Shown: one piece after another, positions 26,830 to 39,934 of the stretch
How positions within the stretch are numbered: the stretch's first letter is position 1
Layout of the letters: the number at the start of each line of letters is the position of its first letter
DNA from: Octopus bimaculoides
Lineage: Eukaryota
Length of the DNA: 64,000 nucleotides
Assembly: GCF_001194135.2 (NCBI RefSeq)
Contig: NC_068987.1
Coordinates: 81,650,741-81,714,740, forward strand
Direction of reading: 5' to 3'
Translations under genes and position numbers: made by a program
The notes under the pieces: model-generated
What the model saw: the letters and a program-made list of their open reading frames with translations, nothing else
Databases searched by the model: none
What the model was told of the DNA's origin: nothing

Positions 26830-27246
26830 TTATTTTATCAACTCTGGAGTATGAAAGGCAAAGCTGACTTCAGCTGGACTTGAACTTAAAATGTAAAGAG
26901 GTGGAACAACTACTGCTCTAAAGATTCTTTGAAACCATTGCCTTCATTGTTTCTAATATAGGCCTGAGATTTAAAGGGAAGGGGGTTGGTCCAGTGCCCT
27001 GACTCAGTACCACCGATACTTTATTTTATCGACCTTGTATAGATGACAAAATAAGTTGGCTTCAGTATGATTTTAACTTGGAGTGTAAATAACAAAAACA
27101 AGTGAGTCCTTGGTTTGGCCAAAATCATGAGGAAAGTATGAGATACTTGAGAAAAAATAGTTTGGTGCTGTAGCCTGCACATAGGAGACTTGTTACTCAT
27201 GCAAGACTCCAGAAATTCCAACAAAACCCAAATTAAAAGAATAATA

Positions 27247-27277
<31 letters not shown>

Positions 27278-28192
27278 CAATTATGATGACAATGATGATT
27301 AAAATAATAGCAATAATGGTTTCTAATTTGGGAAAAAAAGCCAACAGTTTTGAGAGTAGGGGTAAGATGACACCATCAACGCTAGTACTTAACTGATACT
27401 TTATTTTTATTGATTCTGAAAGGTAAAGTTGACCTTGGTAGAATTTGAACTCAGAATGTAAAGAACCAGAATGAATGCTGCAAGGCATTTTTCTGATACT
27501 CTAGCAATTCTGTCAATCCATTGCCATAACAACAACAACAACAATGATAATAGTTTCAAATTTTGGCACAATGCCAGCAATTTCGTGATAGTAGGTAAGT
27601 CAATTATATCAATACCAGTGCACAGCAGGTATTTATTTTATCGACCCCTGAAAGGATGAACAACGTCAACCACTATGGAATTTGAACTGAGAACATGAAA
27701 ATGGACAAAGTGCCACTAAGCATTTTGCCTAGTGTGCTAACGATTCTGCCAACTCACCGCCTAAATAATAATAATAATAATAATAGTAATAATCCTTTCT
27801 ACTAAAGACGCAAGGCCTGAAATTTTGTAGGAGGGGACTTGTCACTGGTACTTAATTTATAGACACCAAAAGGATGAAAGGCAAAGTTGACATCAGCAGA
27901 ATTTGAACTCAGAACATAAAGACAGACTAAATGCCACTAAGCGTTTCACCCATCATGCTAATAATTCTGCCAGCTCATCACCTTACTAATAATAATAATG
28001 ATTTCAAATTTTGGCACAAGGCCAGCAATTTCAGGGAAAGATAAATCGATTACGTTGACCCCAGTACTCAATTGGAACTTATTTTATCAACCATGAAAAG
28101 CAAAATCAGCCACGGTGGAATTTGAACTCAGAACGCAAAGATGGATGAAATGCCACTAAGCATTTTGCCCAATTCTGCCAGCTCACTACCTT
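26830..28192 (-). mobile_element. Array of about seven head-to-tail SINE family A copies separated by (AAT)/(AAC)/(GAT) tracts
   Basis: Repeated AATTTGAACTCAGAA (reverse B-box) and GAAAGGCAAAG-like cores. Units at about 26830-26915, 26945-27090, 27310-27523, 27550-27762, 27790-27986 and 28000-28192; the first two are degenerate. Confidence 0.85.
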
Positions 28193-28558
28193 AATAATAA
28201 TAATTAAAAAATGACCCCCTGCATCATATCATTTGAGAAGCCCAACCTACTAATATCTCCCCTAACATTTTGGGGGGCTGTAATTGCTCACTGGTTACCA
28301 GAACCTTACAGTGGCACAAAGAAAACCATTAAAAAAAATTAAGAATATTAGGATTCATATTCCTTGAGCGCCAAAAGCTAGTTAAATCAATACGTTTGAT
28401 GTTTAACTTGATTTATCTTGGTTGATATTTGCAGAGAGAGGCTGAGCTGTGAGGAAGTTCCAAGGAATTATAATTGAAGAAAGAAAGCCTTAGAATTTAG
28501 AGTTCAGTGTAGGGTTTTGGTTATGGCAAGAAGAGAATACAAAAGTGCATCAAATGGG

Positions 28559-28902
28559 CTTTGACAGGCATTATATATAGCTTATATATAGCTTGCTAGC
28601 TCTTTGACAGGCATTATATATAGCTTATATATAGCTTGCTAGCTCTTTGACAGGCATTATATATAGCTTATATATAGCTTGCTAGCTCTTTGACAGGCAT
28701 TATATATAGCTTATATATAGCTTGCTAGCTCTTTGACAGGCATTATATATAGCTTATATATAGCTTGCTAGCTCTTTGACAGGCATTATATATAGCTTAT
28801 ATATAGCTTGCTAGCTCTTTGACAGGCATTATATATAGCTTATATATAGCTTGCTAGCCCTTTGACAGGCATTATATATAGCTTATATATAGCTTGCTAG
28901 CT
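28559..28902. repeat. Minisatellite, 8 x 43 bp (CTTTGACAGGCATTATATATAGCTTATATATAGCTTGCTAGCT)
   Basis: Period 43 counted from unit starts 28559 to 28860. I saw only one substitution (last base of unit 7). Confidence 0.97.
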
Positions 28903-31029
28903 CTGAGAAGTCAAAACAAGAAGAGCTAATGGTAAGCTTATTGATAGATGATAGGTTGTGGTGAATGATACTTTGCTAATCAATAAGACGGCTTATTTTA
29001 TGAGGTGATCTAAAACGCTGTTAAGTGTAGCCATTTCTCTATCTCAGATATGTGAGCAGTACTTGCAGGCAAGCTCCTAAAAGTACAAGTGTTGCTTTAT
29101 CAAATAAATGTTTGAAATTCCATCACAAATATTGCATTGCAATGCATTAAGTACCAAAACCTTTTTCTGGGCATCAGGTACTGCCATTTGTTGGGTTTAT
29201 CAATAATCTTTACTCACAACTTGCGTTTTACATTTGTATTTTCAGAAACCCTTTAAAGAAAGCAAACTTTGTTTCATAAATTTTTTTCATCCATTTCTGT
29301 TAACTCCTTTAGGAAATTCATTATATATTATATAACAAACAATTCTGAAAAGGTGTAGATTCCTTTTAAAGAGGTTAAATGTACATTTGACATAGATCTC
29401 ATGCATATTTGAAATGAAGTAACATTTGCCTCAAAGAAAGCTATCACTTTTAATAAGTTATACATGTAACATTCATAAACATTTCTATTCCTCACACGTT
29501 TCCAGTTAAAATATTTGGTATCAAACATTATTCTGCAGTGCCATTCATATAACACATGGAAAGCATAAGAGCAAAATAAAGATTACCCTCTTTGCTTACA
29601 TTTACAAACACAGCATTCAGGTTGTACAAAAAAAAAAAAAAGAACAAACAGCCCCATAGTATAGAAGCAATATATTAGCTTCACCACAGACTAGAACTAC
29701 TGTTCTAACCTTTCTTAAAAATCCAAAATATTCTTCTGCATGGAAAATGATGCTAAAAGGCTGCATATAAGCTGAAGTAAGTCTACAATATCTCAATAAT
29801 TTCTCTCTCTCCCACTCTCTCATTCTCTCACTCATTCTGCTGATGGATGTGGGTTTGAGGAACAAGGTGTAAGGTAAGACTGTATCCAGGATTTATTCTC
29901 AGGAATCACAGAGGAGTCTAGCAGAGATGAGCAAAGTGACTTTTTGATGACTTTCTGATTTCTTAATTTATCCTTAAACCTGATGATTTACCTCTGTAAA
30001 CATTATAATATACATATTCATACCCAAAACTTTAAAACAGACCCTGGATCTTATGAAAATATACGAATTTAATATTCATAACATTCCTTGTTTTTTTGAG
30101 GAAGTTCCAAGCCAAAGACTCCTCACATTACTGGTAAGCAACTCTACATGCATATTCATAGTATCACATCATAAAATAACAAGGATCTATAAATATCTGT
30201 ACTCATGATAAGCTGGCAAAATTTTCTTTATTGACTCAGAGAGCTGCTGAAATTTCAGTACCATTTCTATGCAAAAAATTCCAAATTCCATAATAAAATA
30301 TTGGCTACCCTTCCAAAATATTGGTGATATGAACCAAATTAAATATGAACCAAATTAAATATGAACCATTTTATTATTGAACATATTTGTTCTTTGAATA
30401 TCTTCCTTATTGGATAAACTAACACCTTTTATATATAAATATCCGTAATAAAGTGTTGATTGTGTATTTCCACTTAATAGTGATTGTTATATTTGAAATT
30501 AAATTGCAAAATAACAGGTATGGAGAGCAACAAACCAATTGATATTATTAACAAAGCAGTTTTATATAATAATGAAGAAATAAAAGTTATATTTTTAATT
30601 TCAGATCACAAATGCAATGATATAAATAAACAATTAAAGGACATACTGTTCCCATGTAGCAATAAAAACGATTTTGCTCATACATGCCATTGTGCCATCT
30701 TTACTCATATTCTTTCACATAACTATCAAATACCTTGAACATAACCAGACTCTTCTGAACCTTGCTTTAACTTACTCAATCTTTCACAAATCAACTTAGT
30801 GGCAACCCCCAACTCCTAACCACAAATGGTTCAATCAGAATATTAAGCCTTTTTTATTGTATTGCCCATGTTCAGCCCACAGAAGGATGAGGGTCCCAGC
30901 AGTCCTCTCCAGCAACCATGGTCTGATGTGGAAGCTGTGAAATTGAGCTTGAGATCACACTGGTTTGATGAGCCCCACTGGCTTGACATGGCTTGATGGA
31001 GACATGCAGTTTTTCTACTCATACCCAAG

Positions 31030-31205
31030 GGTGGTTAAGCCAATTACATCGACCACATTGCTCAGCTGGTACTTATTTTATTGACCCCAAAAAAATAATA
31101 GGTGCAGTCATCCTCAGCAGAATTTGAAATCAGGGAGTAAGGATGGACAAAACCTTACTAAGCATTTCACCTGGTGTGCTAACAATTCTGTCTGCTCACC
31201 ACCAT
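31030..31205 (-). mobile_element. Diverged SINE family A copy
   Basis: Reverse core and head motifs. Confidence 0.7.
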
Positions 31206-31298
31206 AAGAATGAAAAGTGAGTAGTGGTATTGAACTGTGGTGATTGCTAAATGCTGTTTTCTGGCCCAATTAGTGGATACAACCTGTAAATTAATCTA

Positions 31299-31510
31299 CA
31301 GGGTGTCCACAAAGTCTGGGTACACGGGGATTAACACATACTTTAAAAAATTATTATTTCTTATATTTAATTGTTTATGTAATGATTTTATTTACTCCAT
31401 GTACCCACATGGGGATTAACACATATTTTAAGAAATTATTATTTCTTATATTTAATTGTTTATCTTATGATTTTATTTACTCCATGTACCCAGACTTTGT
31501 GGACACCCTT
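31299..31510. mobile_element. Tc1/mariner-type MITE with internal tandem duplication
   Basis: TIR CAGGGTGTCCACAAAGTCTGGGTACA ... TGTACCCAGACTTTGTGGACACCCTT, TA on both sides (31297-98, 31511-12), and an internal unit of about 85 bp present twice. Confidence 0.9.
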
Positions 31511-34500
31511 TACATTATGTGCTGTGGCATAGATAGACTTTGTACTGCTCAGGATGGCCTTTAAGTTTGTTCTCCCTTCCTCTAAAAGCCAACATAATAC
31601 ACAGACACAGTGCCACCCTGAGTAGACTGCTCTTTCGTTCTCTTTTAGCTGTGTTTGTCATTATGTGATTTATTATAACTGAACAAAATATGCATAATTC
31701 ATTATAAATAAGTAAATTTTCACTGAAAGTTGACAAAGGATAGCTAATCATATCTCTATTAGTAGACCTTGAACATACAAAAAAAGAAAGAAAAAGATGA
31801 ATAAATGAAACAGGAAATTAATAGATGGGTATAAGCACTATTCCCACATATCCCCCACCACTCACCATTTCCACCACTAATTCATTCATTCATTCATTCA
31901 TGCAGCCTGCTATGACTTTCACATGTAATTCTACACAAACATGAAAGATTAACATGCATGACATACTGCCAGTGAAGAAAGAGCCATTATATATATATAT
32001 ATTTATTTATATATGTATATATATATTAATATTTGTGTTATCAGCAATTGTTCAATTATTTGTGGTTTAACTGACAAGAGTTTATCTAAAGATGCAACAT
32101 TAAGCGGCCTGTTAAAAAATACCTGTTTAATAAATAAATACACCCCCACACACAAACTGCACATCCTTGCCAGTTTAACTAGCAGTCAGTAAATTCACTC
32201 CACTTCCTCCTCTGCTATATCTATATATCTTTTCTGCTCCTCAGTACTATCCATTTCATCCTAACCCACTTAAAATGATTACATAACTCCCACTGCTTTT
32301 CTCTATCTTTCTGCTAAAATACAATATTAAATAGCCTGCTCAGTCTCTCTTTGATAATATCACTTTGTAAAATGAATGACTCATTTCAGAATAAATATTA
32401 CCCACTTCTGACTTGTGTAACTTATTACTGATCACTCTTTCACTCCGGATGTGTCCTCAAAGCTGAGAGTAGAACTCATACAGATACCTCATATCTTTAA
32501 TGCAGAGAAAATTCACATTAAAAGATAAATTATCATATGTTTAAGTTTTGATTTCTCTGCTAATCTTCATGAGTTTATCTTATATTTTTAAAACTTCTTA
32601 ACCAGATATTGGAGCATTTTTGTAAAGCTTCTTTTCCATTTTGTTATCACCAATGAAATTTCTAGCTTCATTTCTAGTTTCGTTGTTACATTTAGCTGAT
32701 TATATCTACCTTTCATAAAAGTCTAGCTAAGATTTTTAGCTTGTGATAACTGATTTTCCCAAGAGATAAGCTTTTAGAAAACTGGTTATTATAAATAACA
32801 CTACTGAATGTATTTTATCTCTTTCTTCCCAACCTTTTAGCTGCCTGAATTTATGTATATTTTTACTTGTATGAATACATGTATGCTTTTTCAGAATGTG
32901 TGCATTTGTATTTCTGTGTTATTTGCTTACAAAATGATCTGTATTTAAAATGGCTTTCTAAGTATCAGAATTCACAATTGCATTTGTTTGTATTATCATG
33001 TCTCTTTGTATGTCTCTTTACATATATATATTATCATATCTATGTGTATATTACTTGAGCATGTTTATACATATTGTTGCTTATGTACACCTTAGTATGC
33101 TTGTCTACATACATAGATCAAGATTTTGATCAGTAGATAGTTTTATGTAATTGTGTGTCATTATTTTGAACATAGTTTTGTGATTTGGCCACACATTGAA
33201 GTTTTATCATTAAAGTCTCTGCATTACATAATCTGGTAGCGTTTTCATTATTGCAGTATCTTCTTGTTTTTCCTCTCTTCCATTGGATACATTTACAGCC
33301 ATTATTAGCTTGTTCACTGAACAGGAAGACCAGTCTGCTTTTAGTTGGAAGTAGGAAGTACATTTGATGTCTCGTTTATCTTTGCTTGCTCTTACTTAGC
33401 ACTCCGTACCAATGTAGACATAGGCACAAAAGAGGAATGGTATTTGGTTAGAAGAAAATACCAATTCCTAAAGACTGTGTAAAAAAAAAAAGAAAACAAA
33501 AAAAAAAAACAAGTCATGTTGTGAAAAAAGGTTTCCATTTCAAATGGGAAACTACTTAATGTTTTGAAAACAGTTATAAATAGAGAAAAAATACCAAGAG
33601 CATATTACATCTGGCAAAATACTTAACTTGAAATTGTCGATGAGGAAGTGTTGGAAATGACGCAAAACAATTATGCCTAGACACAAATTTAAACACATGC
33701 ATCCAGACTGATACATATCCCCACCCACACTTACTGTCTCGTGCACACCTACCCAACCCCACACACACGCACACGCACACACACACACATGCATAAAACA
33801 GAGTGAGGTAAAAACAGATAGAAAAGTAAGTTTGTCTGAATATCTAGTTATTTGTAACTATATATACTTCTGCTCTTGTACATGTATAAATGATAGATAT
33901 GTAGAATCTGTGTATCTCTACATAAATAAAGTAATGATTTGGGGGGGGGGGGAGTTTAGCTGTGATTTCCATAAAATGTATAACATTTTAATGATATTTT
34001 TATTTGCCATATTATTATTTAGGGAAAATAATCAAAACTTAATTTCGATGTAAGCAAGGTGTATCCTATTGTTCTAGATTAATTAAACTGAAATTATATT
34101 TTTTAAAATAGCACAAAAACAATCAAAACAGTTAAATTCTCCAGTTAATTTCTGCATGTTTCATACTCTCATTTAAAAAGACATTTTCCAACGAACCAAA
34201 TATTTATTTTTCTTTTATGGAAATGTTATGCAGTAATGGTTACTTTGTAGTTGTCAGGGATAACTTAATACAAGAGAACAATAATCCATTAATATACTGC
34301 TGCAAGATTTTCAACTGGATATAAGGTCTGCCCTGCCGTGATATCTTTAGTGGGCTTTTATTTATTTATTTATTTATTTTTTTAATTTCTATTTAGCTTT
34401 TGTTGTTGTTGTTGAGCAGGTCAATCCTTGTCAAGCTGACCTGTCTATAACCGAAGACAATTCAGCTATCCTATCTTTTTATAGGTATGTCAAACTACAC

Positions 34501-34832
34501 TGCTTAATGTATCTGATCTTACATAAAACAGTAAGATGAGATTTGAGGTAGATTTGGTTGCTATTTGTAACTGTTTTGAATGACCACATAGACGTTCTCT
34601 TATTGACTCATGCCGCCAGAGTTATATAAGCTTCATATACTTTATTTACTTAATTCTAAATCTCATTATGAAAGTCAAGATGTATTTTGATGAGTAACAA
34701 GAGATCTACTTGAAATATTTCTAATGTGGATGACTTTGTTGTTGTTGAATTCCATATAAGCCATGACACCTATGACAAGATGTGTTCCAGCTGTGACCAT
34801 AGGATGGGGCAGGGGTGGGCATAGTGCATGTA

Positions 34833-35048
34833 CAAGAGGGTGCCTAAGAGTTCCTGGCTTTGGGTAGAATAAAATACTGGGGGATCAATTAATTATGATT
34901 TTATTCAACATATTCCTCTCTCAGATTCACACACTTATTGCAACGGTCCTTCAGTTTTCCTAAGACCTGTAAAAGAACTCAGAATGTTGGGGCTCTAACC
35001 AGGCCTTTGGTGATACCCTTAAAGCCAGGAACTTTTCAGCACCTCTTA
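34833..35048 (-). mobile_element. Internally deleted mariner derivative (MITE)
   Basis: Imperfect TIRs (AGTTCCTGGCTTT / AAAGCCAGGAACT) and TA flanks. The minus strand retains a transposase-like C-terminus KLKDRCNKCVNLREEYVE*. Confidence 0.8.
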
Positions 35049-35590
35049 TAGGTCTATCTTTTCCACATGCTTTCCTTCTTTAAAACAAAGTAAAATTTCA
35101 TGATGTGGCTGCTATTTCTAGCGAATCAAGATGTGCTCCATGGTAGAGATTCATACCAGGAACTTGGAGTGTATTTGCATGAATATGTAACCTGTGAATG
35201 AAAGTTATCATATGTCTGTGTATACATTTATTTATGATCACTTGTGGTTCATTGTATATAATAAATTAAAGAAAATTGGTTATATAGCAGAAATAGCTAG
35301 AGTACCATAAAATATTCCTTACTGTATTTGACTCCCTTCATCCTCTGTGGTTTAAGTTTTAAATCCCTCTATGGCTGACCTTAACGTTCATATTGCTTGA
35401 CTTTATGAAATAAGTACCATATATGTACTGCTAGGATCAGTTCATTCCACTAAACCATCTCTCATAAATTTATGACCTTGTGTAAATATTTATTAATGAA
35501 TTAGAAATTAAACTAGCAAGGCCATAGTCCATGGCTAAAGTCAGTGAAAGAGTAAAGAGTTATTCTTCTGTTTTGAACAGATTTTACTAC

Positions 35591-35634
<44 letters not shown>

Positions 35635-37377
35635 AGAATACATCTGTCATCATCATGAACTGGTTTACAAATGGACTCACTCCTTAATTCTAATACTTAA
35701 ACCATGAAATGGAAGAGTAATTTATTTTCAGTGAGAAAGTTGTATGTGAGAATAACAAATGCTGGAAGCAAGGTTTAAACTCGTTACTATTGTAATCAAC
35801 CTGTACTCTAATTTATTCAATTATTCTCTCGTTTGGTTACTTTAACTCTTTTAATCTATACAATAATTGTTTTGAATGTAGAATAGTTTTGAAATAGTAT
35901 TTCATCACTCTCTAAGAGACAAATTCCAGATTCTGAATAGGAAAATGTTTGCTTTAAATTAAGATTAAATGTAGGTTTTTTTTCTTTTTATTTTTATCGC
36001 TGACTTGGTATTTAATTCTTACTGTGCTATACATTAACATCAAGAAGGTGAGTATTTTAGGACTTGATAAGGTTTTAAATAGAAAAACTGATGAATTTCA
36101 GTCAGATAGAAATATATTATAGCTCCAAAATAGACCACCACACAAAGATAACAAATTTAATTTTCTAATTGTACAGTATGACCTGCAGACTCTCTATTTG
36201 TAGACAAAAGTCAAGAATAATAAATTCACAGTTTTGGATAGGAAGGCTTCTTTTGATATAGATCCACCTTCTTCGAGAAAATTGGCAAAACAACAAAAAT
36301 AAATGAAATCTTTAAAAGTTATCTCTTCAAATAGTGTCCAATAAAATTTTATTTCCTGTTACTAGAATATGTCCTCATAACATTCAACATCTTTAAAACA
36401 TACTTTTGCAAAATTTTACATCATTTAATACTTTCCCATCCTGCAAATTGTACCAAAAATATCCCCTTTAAAACACTTTTATCCCACTAAATAAGTAAGT
36501 TTTAATTTGTTTGTTTATATGATTGAATATACATACTATTTTAAGTATTCTTCCTTATATTTCTTCACACTTTTCCGATAATACTTATTATCTTTTTATT
36601 AAGGGAAATTAGCCTATTTTAAAATGTGTCTATTTTTACTGGAATGGAAATTTCGTGTGATGCAAGAGCTTTGAATCTCTGTAGCCAGCTATTCTCTCTG
36701 GAATGGTTGTAAATAATTCAACTTCATAATAAAATTGCTAAGCCTATAAAAAGTACATTTTTAGGAAGCAAAGTTGTAAACATGGTTTTATATTTCTTTT
36801 AATAAATGGGTTTCTTTTTAACATATTTTATCTTTTATTTTTCTCTTGAAAAGAGTTTCTTTCTTCATGTTTCCATATGTGCTTACTTTGTCTTTGTTTA
36901 ACATTTTATCAGTTCTTTTACTTACATCTTTCTGTTCATATTGTGCTCTGAATTTCAAATTATATGTAAGAACTTCTTCCAAATTCACTTTTAATCTAGG
37001 CTATGCATTTCAGCTTTATCAAATAAAAAGAAACTACTCTGTATTTTCACTAAGCAATGATCAAATGGTCGGTTTTGTTCAGTTATTTAACCTTAAATTT
37101 TACATTTAATTATGAAAATCACTATATGTTTACATTTCTTAAGTGAGCTGTCATGTACACTATTTAGTCCTTTTTAAATAACAAGATTATTTGAATAAAG
37201 TACTACAGTTTATTTCTAATCAAAGATTGCCAATCTTTGATTAGAAATGCACTGTAGTACTTTATTTGTTAAATTTACTCTAAGAAGCTATATTGTTTAA
37301 CTGGATAAGTTATTGCTTTTTTTTAGTGCATATGTAATGCACTATTTTCGTGAAATATTTAATACTTCCTAACAATG

Positions 37378-37765
37378 TGGTTCAGGTTCAATACCACTGT
37401 GTGGCACCTTGGGCAAGTGTCTTTTGTTGTAGCTCTGGGCTGACCAAAGCCTGGTAGGTGGATTTAGTCAATGGAAATTGTAAGATGCCCATTGTGTGTG
37501 TGTGTGTGTTTGTGTGTGCATGTGTATACCCCTGTTTTGACATCATTTGATGGTTGTAAGCAAGAATCAGTGTTATACAAGCAATGTTGTTCGTTACCAG
37601 TCTTTTGTGGAAAACATGCCTGGCCTTGGGAAGCATTACCTTACCTGGAAACAGGTGAGGGTTGATAACAGAAAAGGCATCCAGTCTTAGAAAATCTGCC
37701 TCAATAAATTCCATCTGATCCACCATGCAAATATGGAAAAGAGGACACTAAACGATGATGATGAT
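37378..37765 (+). mobile_element. Chimeric SINE: family B 5' half joined to a family C-like 3' tail ending in (GAT)n
   Basis: GGCACCTTGGGCAAGTGTC body and (TG) tract, then AAGGCATCCAG...CCATGCAAATATGGAAAAGAGGACACTAAACGATGATG. Confidence 0.7.
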
Positions 37766-39890
37766 TTAATGCTACCTACCCCAGTTCACTTAGCTGGTAT
37801 GAAAGATAAAATAACTTTGTGGTCATAATGTTAATTGTGGGGAAAATATTAATCTAATTTTATTTGACAGACATCTATAATAAAATGTATGTTGACATTT
37901 TGTGTTGCACTCTACTCACATTTAAATAATATCCATCCATTAATGGATGCTTTTACTTGACCTACAAGATATTCTAATAGCAGAATTTAATTGTTACTTT
38001 ATCAGCCACGTCTTCATTACAAATACAAATCAGATTTTTTCAGCATTAATTCAATGCTTTATTAGCTTCATATTTATTATTGTCATCAAGGTTAAACCCA
38101 ACATATAACGTAATTTAAAACTAATGAAAAGAATAGCACTTAGTGTAACCATTAAGATTTTATAAATTATTTGTCTCATCTGATATAACCAGTTAGTTTT
38201 AATTCAATTAACCTTCAAATAAAACTTTAATAGCGTGAGAAGTAATTATTAGGTGTGTTTCCTTTTTAATCTAACCTCTAAGTATTTACCATTAATAAAA
38301 GTTATGGAAATATAAAATATACTTGAAATTGATAAAATGACTTTTGTACTTTTTAAATGGATAAAATCTCGAGATCTAGTATAGAAGGTTCTATTTAGAT
38401 TATATAGCTAGTGTAGGATCAGATTTTAATAGGAAATGACACAGCATCAGAAGAAAAAAATGCTCTGTCAATTAGAAGTCAAGCAGAGCTTTTTGTTAAG
38501 ATTGCAGAATTTTTTTTTTTTTTCCATTTTGAACTGCCAGCAAAAACTCACATTTATTGGGAGAACAAAAGAATATTGATCTTGATAGGGTATAGAATAG
38601 TAGAGAAGGCACTTCCAGCTGAATGAATATATTTATTTAGTACACTGAATGGGAGAAAATTATATTTAAAAAAAAATCATCTTAATACTCAAAGCAGCTG
38701 ACTTTCTGACAAGATACATTTCATTCATTGAGTAAACAAGTTTCAAGTTGATCAATCCATGTTACTTTAAATAGGAACAGCCACATTGGCATTGAAAATT
38801 CCCAATTGGAAACTTGGTCAATCAGTTGTTAATATACTTTAAGACAGGCTGCTTTGGTCTATCTATATTTCTTTAAAATAAATGAGCTCAACACATCACA
38901 ATTGTAAATTGATCTTTTCAGACATAATTATCTTTATGCATAAGTGTCAGAGAGGAGGGATAAAGAAAAAATGAGAGTTAGAAAATAAAGAATTTTTATA
39001 TATACATCTTTTTTTTATATATATATATTTTGTGAAAAAAGTAACTATGTTCTAAGCAGAAAGAAAATTGTAGGATTACTGATAACATTTTCAAATAGAA
39101 TTCATTAAAAAATTAATGAAAGACAAGCTTTAGAATCTTGCCAAAATTTATCAATATTTTAGTGTGTTTAGTTTTAATTAAGAATTGCTGTCTTAAAGGA
39201 AAATATTCTTTTAATTAGATTTTTTTTTATTTTTAAAAGTGTCAATTACATTTTGATAAAATAAAATTAATCAATTTTTTTCTATTCCAGTTTCTGACAA
39301 ATCAAGTGTTGTTAAATATGCATAACAAGATATTGTTAATTACCTCCTTTTTTTTATGAAGTAAGTCACTAGTAGAGCATAAGTAAAGTATTTTGACATG
39401 ATAAGGTACACTTTGCATGCATGAATGCTGCCATTTTTATTGATAACAAACTGATGTAACATTGTCACCAGACTCAGAACTCTCTGTTTGCTATGTTGGT
39501 GTTATTTTAGAGCAACTGTTGTGTAATAGCAGATCAACCCTGATGAAGCAAACCTATAGTGTGCAGGTGGTCGACCAAATGTCTAGGAGCTGTCCACAGA
39601 TGCATATATGATGCTGTTACATAGCTGTGAACTATACTGCACTATACTGCACATTCTGGTATACATTGGTTAATTATATGTGGTGCAGTATTACAGTCTA
39701 TGTTGTCCTATTTTCACTGTCCACTCTGTTTCCAGTTGTCTAGCTTTTGTCGTTTATCCTGACACAGATGAACAAAGTGAACTCAATCTGAATGAGAGAG
39801 ATGCTTTGCCTCTGCACTCAGAATTTGTGATATGCATCCCAGCACAGTGTTTGAGGTTAATGACTGCATTGATACATGATGCTGCTGATA

Positions 39891-39934
<44 letters not shown>

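Noticed and set aside
28559-28902. CRISPR-like appearance of regular repeats (also the SINE C modules)
   Set aside because: No unique spacers, no cas genes, eukaryotic context.
29328-29555. 75-codon minus ORF in unique AT-rich DNA (also 63033-63323)
   Set aside because: No convincing splice boundaries or recognisable domain; compatible with chance.
38785-38825. Two CCAAT boxes and a kappaB-like GAAAATTCCC
   Set aside because: Short motifs are frequent by chance in 64 kb, with no TSS evidence.
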